IMG/VR virus record: IMGVR_UViG_3300036908_000165
Coordinates: 1-60,942 of that record
Origin: a virus
Lineage: Duplodnaviria > Caudoviricetes
Reading direction: 5' to 3' (one strand)
DNA length: 60,942 bases
Shown: positions 28,423 to 36,327 of the stretch, in pieces
Numbering within the stretch: the first letter of the stretch is position 1
Layout: each line of letters begins with the position of its first letter
Position numbers and translations under genes: made by a program
The notes under the pieces: generated by a model
Databases searched by the model: none
What the model was told of the DNA's origin: nothing
Seen by the model: only the letters and a program-made list of their open reading frames with translations

Positions 28423-29746
28423 CCTACCACTCCGTTGATGCTCTTCCACAAATCCAGAAGCCGCTCGGCGATCTTGTCGTCGATCGACTGGTCGATCGTC
28501 ACGGCGCGCACGAAGCAGTTGCGCGGCTTGTCGACGTTGACGATGCGTTTGCTGACCTGCTCCATCAGCCGCGGGCTGAGCGCGTACTCGACCAGCCACA
28601 TCTCGTCGGCCGGCGAGAGATCGATCGCCTCGCCGGCGGACTTGATCTGCCCCAGGAAGATGCGGTTCGACGGCGCGCGAAAGCGCTTCTCGCAAGTCTC
28701 GCGATCGGCGGGCGAGGTCGACCCGTCCAATCGGATCAGGCCGAACGACTTAAGCCCCTCTTCCAAGATGTCGCCGACGTCGCGGTGCCAATAGGCCAGC
28801 ACGACCTTCTCGAGCCCGAGACGGAACTGCTCTTTGATCGCCTCGACGACCGCTCGCGCCTTGACGACGCCCGTCTGGCGCCACAACGGGCCGAGCTCCA
28901 TCTCGAGGTCGTAGGTTTTGCCCGAAGCGGCGGCAGCGAGGATCTCGCGCTCGCGCGGCGTCGCGGCGAAGCGCTTGCGATCGGCGGCGTCGACGACCAG
29001 CGGCAGCGTCTCGCAGCGCGGCGGCTGAATGCCGACGTCCTTCTGCGTTCGCCGCAGGAACGTGCCGTCGATCCTCTGGCGCAGTTCGGCCTCGTTCCGC
29101 CCGCCCAGCACGACCGGGATGCGCTCGCCATTCGGCAGCTTTTTGCGACCCATGCGGCAGTAGCGGTCGCGGAAGTCGTTGAAGCGCGTCACGTCGGGCC
29201 AGCCGCGCCGCGCCTCGAGCAGGTCGGGAAAGCTGGCCCGTAGGCGGGCCCAGCCATTCGACAGGTCGTGCGGGAAGGGCGAGCCCGACAAATGCCACAC
29301 GCGGTCGCCTGGCTGGATGATGGCGCGCGCCGTCAGCATCTCCGCGCCGTCGTCGACCGGCGCGCCGTAGACGTGCTGCGTGCGCTTGGCGTCGGGGTTG
29401 GACGCTTCGTGGTCTTCGTCGAGGATGATCAGGTCCGGCCGCTTGCCGATCGACCGCACCACCTTGTCCAGCATACCCCAGGAAACGATGCAGACGTCCG
29501 TCGGCTGCGGCGCGTCGGCGCCGATGACGCTGACGCGGCGCGGGATCGATTGCCACGCCGGGAAGGCCCTGCGCCACACGCCGCGGCCGCTGGCCGGCGT
29601 CACCACGAGAATGCTCCTGGCGAGGATGTAATCGGCGGCCAGGATCGCCGCGCCGGTTTTCCCACGCGTGGTGAGTCCCATAAAAAGGCGCGTCGCCGCG
29701 CAGCGAGGAACAGAGCCCCGTCGAGCTGAGTTTTGAGCGGAATCAC
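28419..29746 (-). CDS. SNF2-like superfamily 2 helicase, -1 frameshift at 29657-29663
   Basis: Frame 0 from GTG 29746 gives LWDSPRVGK; the -1 frame continues TGAAI, ILDEDH, LSGSP, AGEAIDLS. Confidence 0.85.
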
Positions 29747-29991
29747 TTGCGCAGCGTCAGCTTGAATTTCTTGAGGATGCCATCGGCGATCTCCTCCGCA
29801 ACATGCCCAGAGCCGAATTCGCTAAGGTGGCCACCTGCTAGGAGTTCGCCTTGAATCTCGTCGATCACGTCGATCAGCAGCTCGCGCGACAATTCGCCGC
29901 GCCGTGACGTGAGATAGGTCCGCGCCTCTTCGTAGGTCGGGAAGAATTTGTCGCCGACCGCCCACGCTCGCTCAGGTTTCAGCATAGCCAT
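29743..29991 (-). CDS. Hypothetical protein
   Basis: GGAG RBS; stop overlaps the helicase GTG. Confidence 0.6.
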   Translation of the reverse strand: MAMLKPERAWAVGDKFFPTYEEARTYLTSRRGELSRELLIDVIDEIQGELLAGGHLSEFGSGHVAEEIADGILKKFKLTLRK

Positions 29992-30032
29992 TTCTCCGTT
30001 TATCAGGTTCGCGCGTCTCTGATAACAACTTG

Positions 30033-30527
30033 TTACGCAGCCGTCAAGCTCGATTTTAGATTGATGGCGCGGATGAATTTCTCGGCGTAATAGCGCGCCA
30101 GCAGCGCCGCCTCGGCTCGACCGTGGTCCTTCTTACGCTTGAACAGATCGGCTTGCTGCGGCCAGAGGTGGATCGCTCGTGCGCGCGACTGTTCTTTGTC
30201 GGGTGAGAGGTTGAAGTGCTTCTTCCACACCGTCGGCGTGACGAAGTGTGTCGGTATTTGATGAGCCGCCACAATACCTTGCACGACGCCGTAAGCGACG
30301 CCGAACTTGAACGTCGAGCTGACGCCCTGCTTCGGCATGGCGCCGACTCGCTCGATAATCACAACGGACGGGTGCATGATGTCGATCGCCGCAGCCATGT
30401 TGGCGGCGTCGATGTTGCCGTCGACAACCGGCGCGTCCTCTGCGGCGACCATGTCACGGTCCGGCCAGTAAAAAGCATAAGCGCCGCTGACGCCAGGGTC
30501 GATGCCGAGGATGATAGATTCTCTCAT
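30033..30527 (-). CDS. RuvC-like Holliday junction resolvase
   Basis: ILGIDPG, IERV, PTVWKK, DHGRAEAALLA. Confidence 0.85.
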   Translation of the reverse strand: MRESIILGIDPGVSGAYAFYWPDRDMVAAEDAPVVDGNIDAANMAAAIDIMHPSVVIIERVGAMPKQGVSSTFKFGVAYGVVQGIVAAHQIPTHFVTPTVWKKHFNLSPDKEQSRARAIHLWPQQADLFKRKKDHGRAEAALLARYYAEKFIRAINLKSSLTAA

Positions 30528-31071
30528 CGCAGATACTCCTCGACCGGGCCGCCGTCCATGCGGATTTCAATCGTTTTTGAATGTCTTCACTTCGCGATAA
30601 ACGACCCCTGCCTCTTCGAGCACCGTCTCGGCGAACGCGACATCATCCGCCCAGCGCGAGGGGGTGTTCTTGAACGGGATGGATACGACCTCGACGATCC
30701 CGGCTTGGATGAGCTCGACCGAGCATCGCGTGCAGGGCGCGCCACCCCAGATTGCGTTGCTGTTGTCGGTCGCCACGAAATAGAGCGCGCAGCCTTTGAC
30801 CGATGTTCCGGCGCGAGCCGCATTGAGAACGGCATTCATCTCGGCGTGGACAGTGAGGCGAAGCTTCATTTCGCGGTCGTTCAAACGTTCTGGCGTGTCG
30901 AGAACGCCGCGCGGAAAGCCGTTGAAGCCGGTGGCGCGCTTCTCTCGATCCGGGCCGACGATCACCGCACCGACTCGTGTCGAGGGGTCCTTGGACATCC
31001 GCGCTTCGTCGAAGGCGCTTTGGAGAAAATGGTTGTCCCACCGCTCGCTCATCGCAGATACTCCTCGACCG
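30523..31071. repeat. 24-bp direct repeats (30523-30546 and 31048-31071) flanking the dCMP deaminase gene
   Basis: CTCATCGCAGATACTCCTCGACCG is identical at both sites. Confidence 0.9.
30567..31052 (-). CDS. dCMP deaminase
   Basis: SKDPSTRVGAVIV, TGFNGFPRG, HAEMNA, PCTRC. Confidence 0.92.
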   Translation of the reverse strand: MSERWDNHFLQSAFDEARMSKDPSTRVGAVIVGPDREKRATGFNGFPRGVLDTPERLNDREMKLRLTVHAEMNAVLNAARAGTSVKGCALYFVATDNSNAIWGGAPCTRCSVELIQAGIVEVVSIPFKNTPSRWADDVAFAETVLEEAGVVYREVKTFKND

Positions 31072-31276
31072 CCGCGTCCTTGCCGGTGTCCAGCTTCAGC
31101 AGCCCCAGCAGCAGGGCGAAGTGCTCGGCTGGCACGCTGCCGCGGCGGAACCACTGGTTGATCGTCGGGCGCGGGATGTCGGCGTGCCCGTAATTATGTA
31201 GAAATGTCAACAGCTTATCGGGATCGCCCCACTTGTCGGTCAGGAATCGGGAGAAATCGAAAGTTGGCTGGGCCAT
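31049..31276 (-). CDS. Cro-like HTH regulator
   Basis: IPRPTINQWFRRGSVP; first gene of the replication operon. Confidence 0.6.
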   Translation of the reverse strand: MAQPTFDFSRFLTDKWGDPDKLLTFLHNYGHADIPRPTINQWFRRGSVPAEHFALLLGLLKLDTGKDAAVEEYLR

Positions 31277-31280
31277 GATC

Positions 31281-31337
31281 CGTAACAATTTGTTATTGAC
31301 AAGCCGACCCTATAACAGTACGTATTGTTATGTCAAG
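31281..31337. promoter_or_regulatory. Divergent promoters with palindromic operators
   Basis: TTGACA on both strands; palindromes TAACAATTTGTTA and ATAACAGTACGTATTGTTAT. Confidence 0.6.
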
Positions 31338-31602
31338 CACTGAGCGCATGGAGAGCGAGATGCGGGATCTGATGGAAGCCCATCGAGAAGAACTGCTCGA
31401 TGCAATGGAAGCACAGAATACGGCGCTCGCCGCCGCCCAGGTCGCCTACGCCGCAGCGATCGACAAGTCGCGGCAGAAGCTGATGACCGAGATTGAAGCA
31501 CGGTTGTCGGTGTGGAACGGCGAGCCGGCAAAGGCTCTGCCGGCTGCGCTCGATCCCGAGCTTATTTCGTCGGGAGAGAGTTCTGGATTAGCGGCGAGCT
31601 GA
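31330..31602 (+). CDS. Coiled-coil hypothetical protein
   Basis: GGAG RBS before an internal ATG; start uncertain. Confidence 0.5.
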   Translation: MSSTERMESEMRDLMEAHREELLDAMEAQNTALAAAQVAYAAAIDKSRQKLMTEIEARLSVWNGEPAKALPAALDPELISSGESSGLAAS

Positions 31603-32024
31603 CCCGGACGAAGGAGAAGCCATGAGTCGCCCAATCCCAGCTTCGGTCCTCGCCGCACTTGCCTGGGGGACGGGGGCGATGGCGCAAGCGCCAATTGGAA
31701 TTATGCTCTCTCTCAGTCTCATCGCCCTGGGAACGTATGCTGGTAGTAAGGCGTACATACTCTTTGTATTTAGCGCCGACCTCGGCGGCTTGGGCCGTAA
31801 GTTCTTTTATCTTTTGTTCGTTGCGGTCAACGCGGGTTTTTATGGATTCATACTTTTCGCGCACACGTTGTCTAACCCGTAACTTTCAAGCGTCATAATT
31901 CGCTTTCGCGCTTGACACAGTGCACGAAGATTCCTAGCCTTTTCAAGGCGATTAAGGAGCGTGGGGATGACCGGCCCGACCTTATTTCGTCGGGGGAGAG
32001 TTCTGGATTAGCGGCGAGCTGACC
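31561..32024. repeat. 44-bp direct repeats (31561-31604 and 31981-32024)
   Basis: 43/44 identity; flank a lower-GC insert. Confidence 0.92.
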
Positions 32025-32788
32025 TGGGCGCGAAGGTTCTCGAACCGCGTCTCCAACGAGCGCACCGTGTCGACGATCGACCACCCGGTGTGAATCTGCG
32101 CCTCGGTTGCGTTCTCGGCACGCGCCAGCGCATCGAGGCGATCTTCCAGGGCCTTGTTGCTGGCAGCAATCTCCGGGCGCTTGATCTGGTCTGCGGCGAC
32201 AACCCCTAAGTTATCCTCTATCCTCTTCATATCGCGCTGATTGTACTCATGCCGAATCGCGATCTCGCCGTCGATCCGCTTTTCGTATTCGAGCTGCGCG
32301 ACCATCGGCCATTCGTCACGGCGAAGCGCCGCGAGTTCGCTATCCAAGGTATCGAACCTCTTGGCGTCATTGGCGTGCTGCGCGACCGCCGAGAGAATCG
32401 GCTGCATCACTTCGTCGACATGCCTGATATCGCTTTTTCGCTCGATCGACTCCGCGACAATCATCGTCTCGATGCGGGCAACGTTCGAGTTTTCTTCCGA
32501 CTTCGTGTAAGCCCAAAAACTCCCGGCGATAGCGAACGAAGTCAGCACCAACCCGATGATCGAACGCCAGTCGGTCGGCTTGGCCGCCTGTAGGGTAATC
32601 CGGTTCCCGAGGTCTTTTGCCAGCCCCTCGAAAGCCTCTCGATTCTCGCGTCTCAGCGTGGCGACGTCGCTTGCGACCGTATGGAACGCATCTTCCATGG
32701 TGGTGACGCGCTGCGTCAGGATGCCGAAGTCCGTGTGGAGCTGGCCCGAAGGAGGCGCGGCGCGAGGTTTTATTTTGGATGTCGTCAT
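31982..32788 (-). CDS. Single-TM coiled-coil protein
   Basis: TM segment IIGLVLTSFAIAGSFW; end of the lysis operon. Confidence 0.6.
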   Translation of the reverse strand: MTTSKIKPRAAPPSGQLHTDFGILTQRVTTMEDAFHTVASDVATLRRENREAFEGLAKDLGNRITLQAAKPTDWRSIIGLVLTSFAIAGSFWAYTKSEENSNVARIETMIVAESIERKSDIRHVDEVMQPILSAVAQHANDAKRFDTLDSELAALRRDEWPMVAQLEYEKRIDGEIAIRHEYNQRDMKRIEDNLGVVAADQIKRPEIAASNKALEDRLDALARAENATEAQIHTGWSIVDTVRSLETRFENLRAQVSSPLIQNSPPTK

Positions 32789-33026
32789 CAGGCGCTTACC
32801 CCGGCCAGTCCTTGTCTATCGCGCGATGGTCGAACCACCAATCGCAGAAATACCACGCCGCAACGAGTGCGAGTACGCCAACGATCGTTCCGATAACCGA
32901 GGCGCAAATCTCCTCCAGCATCTCAACCTCGCCATATCGTGAGCAGCGCCACGAACACGACCACTGCAACCCCGGTCACGACAGCAGCAACGACCGCTAT
33001 GTGTTCGTCGCGAGGCGCATGGATCG

Positions 33027-33851
33027 TCATCGCGCATCCGGGCTTTCGCCTTCCAGGGCCGCCGTCTTGATCGTACCCCCCATACCGACGAGATCGGCTA
33101 CGAGCGCGTTGAAATCGAATCCGTTTGGAGCTTTCAACGACGCTCGGTTCAGCACTTCCCGGCTGATGACGCTGAACAACTGACCGCCAGACGATGCGAC
33201 GGCATACTTGGCGATAGCGCCGTAGGTGATCGACCCGTTCATCCCCCACGTCTCGACGCCGACACCATCGGCGTCCCACGACGCCGAGCCGAAGCAGTGA
33301 CCCTGATTCGGGTTCTGATCCCCCGCCACATCCCAAACGAATCCCGGTGCGTTTGCCAACCGAGGCCAGTCGTCAGGCAACGCCACGCCAAACATCAGGT
33401 TTTCGAACAAGTAAATCGCGGCCATGATCTCTTGCTTGTTAGTCGCGTCAACCGACAGGACGCCGGCAATCTTGTGCTCCGGCGTTACAAATCCGGTGGA
33501 CAGCCAATAATCCAGCGCCGTGTTTTCGTCGCACCCGTTATCGGTGGCCGAATTGGCCGGATCGTAGCCGCCGATCGCCGAGTACATCGAGACGATGTCT
33601 TGATCGTCGAAGATCGTAGGCGTCCCGTTGGCGTTCCCGGTGAAGACGCCGATCGCGTGGGCCATCCACGCGATGACGCAATCGCCGAGATTATCGTTGA
33701 GGTACATTTGTGCCAGAGCCGGCGATGCCAACGCCCGGTAATCTCCCGATGACGGGGCAGCCGGAAAGGCGAGCGTTTGATAATCACCGAACCTCATGCA
33801 CATTTTTGGCGCGACCATCTTGCGCCGGCCGAATCTGTAGGAAAACGACAT
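33027..33851 (-). CDS. Papain-like (C1-type) cysteine peptidase
   Basis: LNDNLGDCVIA, GHCF, ETWG. Confidence 0.65.
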   Translation of the reverse strand: MSFSYRFGRRKMVAPKMCMRFGDYQTLAFPAAPSSGDYRALASPALAQMYLNDNLGDCVIAWMAHAIGVFTGNANGTPTIFDDQDIVSMYSAIGGYDPANSATDNGCDENTALDYWLSTGFVTPEHKIAGVLSVDATNKQEIMAAIYLFENLMFGVALPDDWPRLANAPGFVWDVAGDQNPNQGHCFGSASWDADGVGVETWGMNGSITYGAIAKYAVASSGGQLFSVISREVLNRASLKAPNGFDFNALVADLVGMGGTIKTAALEGESPDAR

Positions 33852-33852
33852 T

Positions 33853-34185
33853 TCAGATCCCCGTCATCGGTGGCGCGGCGGGATAGTTCGCCGCCGCGAT
33901 GAAATCCGTCCACGCCTTGTAGTCGGCCGCCGAGGTCCACGGATACGCCTTCGTTCCGTTCTCCGGCCACGCATCGGCGAGCGTCACGGTGAGGGCATTC
34001 GTCGTCCAAACGACCGTAACTTCGGGTGTCTCGAACATCACCGACGACAGCGTGCATGTCATCCGCGATGCGCCGACTTGGACACCCGACGCCTCATAGG
34101 ACTCCCCATCGACGGTCAGGACGGCCGTGCCGGGGCCGTCCTGGTTGATCGACACTCCATCCATGCTGAACGACGCATAGGTCAT
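33853..34185 (-). CDS. Hypothetical protein
   Basis: GGAGG RBS. Confidence 0.55.
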   Translation of the reverse strand: MTYASFSMDGVSINQDGPGTAVLTVDGESYEASGVQVGASRMTCTLSSVMFETPEVTVVWTTNALTVTLADAWPENGTKAYPWTSAADYKAWTDFIAAANYPAAPPMTGI

Positions 34186-34189
34186 GGAT

Positions 34190-34396
34190 TCAGCCTCCTC
34201 GAATTGCTTGAACGACGATCCAAATTAAGAGGCCGATGGCGCACAGGATTGAAAGGGGCGCGCCCCAAAAGAACGTGACCCACCAGCCGGTAGGAGGCGG
34301 TCCATCCGACATCATTGCCGCAGTCAAGGAGAGCAACCAGAAGCCGCCCCCGGCCCACAGAGCAACATCCAGTACGATCAAGAGCGCGTCGCGCAT
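34190..34396 (-). CDS. Two-TM membrane protein
   Basis: Two hydrophobic segments; GGAG RBS. Confidence 0.55.
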   Translation of the reverse strand: MRDALLIVLDVALWAGGGFWLLSLTAAMMSDGPPPTGWWVTFFWGAPLSILCAIGLLIWIVVQAIRGG

Positions 34397-34454
34397 GTTT
34401 TGTCTCCACAGTCGCCCCGGCGCACTTCACGCCGGGGCGTGAACGCCTGCTACG

Positions 34455-34823
34455 TCAGCTTCCGTAGGGACCGAAGTGGAACGGCGCCGACACCTTCATT
34501 CTTTCGCCGGTGCGCTTCATGGCGGCCGTCTGCGCCGCAACCGTCACCGTGCCCGATCCGCCGATGTTCGAAATCCCGGCGACGACATTGGCCACGTCGT
34601 TTGCAAACGTCGGACAGTCGTTGGTGACGTCGGTGATGATGCCGCCGACCACGGAATTGATCGCCGTACCGTCAGGCAGCAGTCCCGAGACGGTCGCCAC
34701 CGCTTGCGCGCCCGCGCCGAGTACGGTGCAGCCGGCGAGAATGTTTGCCGCCACTTGCGTCGAGGTGCATCCGGCGAGCAAGATGGCCGCCGAGGTGGCT
34801 GATGCGAGGAGTATCTTTTTCAT
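34455..34823 (-). CDS. Lipoprotein (possible spanin)
   Basis: MKK signal with LAGC lipobox; in the lysis cluster. Confidence 0.6.
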   Translation of the reverse strand: MKKILLASATSAAILLAGCTSTQVAANILAGCTVLGAGAQAVATVSGLLPDGTAINSVVGGIITDVTNDCPTFANDVANVVAGISNIGGSGTVTVAAQTAAMKRTGERMKVSAPFHFGPYGS

Positions 34824-34836
34824 TTTGTTGTTCCTT

Positions 34837-35175
34837 TCACGGTTGATGCGCGGCAACTGCCGCTACTGCATCGGCTTTGACGGCCGATATGTCTTTAGGC
34901 GTCGCTGTCGAAGGCAGGTTGGCGACAGCCTGCGCCGCTACCACAACGGGTGGATCGGGGGGTGCGAGAGCCCCCGGCTGGCTGGAAGACAGAAAGTTCC
35001 CGGCGCTGTTCAGGCCGCCGTAAACCATGAAGATCAGGGCGGCGGTTTGCACAATGTCCTTCGCGGCGCCGGCCGGAACATAATCCGGGAACGCCGCCAC
35101 GCCGACTGTTCCGATGACGCCGCATACCGCGATCGCGAGATTGACAGCGCCTTTTACGTTCGGGTCTATCTGCAT
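34837..35175 (-). CDS. Holin-like membrane protein
   Basis: Start MQIDPN, two TM segments, near the endolysin. Confidence 0.55.
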   Translation of the reverse strand: MQIDPNVKGAVNLAIAVCGVIGTVGVAAFPDYVPAGAAKDIVQTAALIFMVYGGLNSAGNFLSSSQPGALAPPDPPVVVAAQAVANLPSTATPKDISAVKADAVAAVAAHQP

Positions 35176-35177
35176 TG

Positions 35178-35348
35178 TCAGAATCTCCCTCCAAAGAGAT
35201 ACAAGATAACAACGACAAGTAAGATCACACCAATGATCCCCACGCCGCCGTGGCCCATGCCGTACCCGTAACTTCCGCCCCAATACGGAGCGCCGATGCC
35301 CCCGCCGAACAGCAGCACCAGCACGATGATCAGCAGAATTAAAAACAT
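35178..35348 (-). CDS. DUF3309-like small membrane protein
   Basis: MFLILLIIVLVLLFGGGIGAPYWGGSYGYG...ILYLFGGRF; GGAGG RBS; below the ORF-track cutoff. Confidence 0.7.
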   Translation of the reverse strand: MFLILLIIVLVLLFGGGIGAPYWGGSYGYGMGHGGVGIIGVILLVVVILYLFGGRF

Positions 35349-35472
35349 CTGAGCCTCCTACATATTCTTTGCCAAAATCCAGAACACATATACCACAACC
35401 GCGAGGGTCAGCCACCCCATCGCCGAATTGCCAGAGACGGAATCGGCAGCGGATTTGATCATGGCGCGGGAG

Positions 35473-35688
35473 TCACGGTAGGCGCAAGCCTCGCGTGTCT
35501 TTTAAAGTCTTCATCATGATGCGGCGCAACACCTTTTGCTGCTGGACCCCGTGCTCTTCGTTCTCGTTTAGCCCCCACCTGACCGTGCGCTCCGGGATGC
35601 CCAGAACCAGACCTATCTCGTGAGGAAACATTCCCCGGTCCCGCATTGCCCGCGCTTCATTTGGCCATGCGACGGGCAACGGGGTCAT
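35473..35688 (-). CDS. Small HTH protein
   Basis: GMFPHEIGLVLGIPERTVRW. Confidence 0.55.
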   Translation of the reverse strand: MTPLPVAWPNEARAMRDRGMFPHEIGLVLGIPERTVRWGLNENEEHGVQQQKVLRRIMMKTLKDTRGLRLP

Positions 35689-36296
35689 TGGGGTACTCCC
35701 TTGATTTCGGCGATGCGCGCCGTCACGAGCCCAAGCGCCCATGCGTTCGTCACGAGATTGCCTGGGCATGCATGATGGTCTGCAATGCAATCGCGATGGA
35801 AAGCCACCGCCGTCTCTGGATTCCAGCCGAACCGCACGCACAGCGCCGCGATGATGTTGGCCGACGCCTGCATCGACGCGAGCCCTTGGCCGTTCGACGG
35901 GTCGTCGCCGCCGGTAGTGAAATTCCCGATCGTCTCGACGCCGTAGTAGTTTTCGTTACGGCAAGAATCGTGGACGCCATCCGAATTCACGTCGCAGAGC
36001 ACCCACGACCATCCGTCGGGAGTGCCCATAAAATGCGGCCCCGAGTGCCATCCCATATTCTTGTAATAGGGATCGAGGCCGGCGCCGTAGTTGATCCGCG
36101 TCGTCGGCGACCACGTATTCCAGAGCCCGAGACTGGGGCTTCCGGTGTTGTGCCAGACGACGCCCACCGGCGCCCACATGCGTCCCGCGTAGGATGTTCC
36201 GGCCGGGGCCGGTTTGAAGTTCGTCTTCTGGATCGCCGAGATGTATTTCACCATGGCGTCGGCGTCGAGCCGAAGAACGGGGTTGATGAAGCTCAT
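35685..36296 (-). CDS. Endolysin, N-acetylmuramoyl-L-alanine amidase
   Basis: VWHNT, GPHF, GVE, FHRD...ACPG. Confidence 0.85.
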   Translation of the reverse strand: MSFINPVLRLDADAMVKYISAIQKTNFKPAPAGTSYAGRMWAPVGVVWHNTGSPSLGLWNTWSPTTRINYGAGLDPYYKNMGWHSGPHFMGTPDGWSWVLCDVNSDGVHDSCRNENYYGVETIGNFTTGGDDPSNGQGLASMQASANIIAALCVRFGWNPETAVAFHRDCIADHHACPGNLVTNAWALGLVTARIAEIKGVPQ

Positions 36297-36327
36297 GGCA
36301 GTTCAGTCTCCCGGAGGTGATCTCGCG

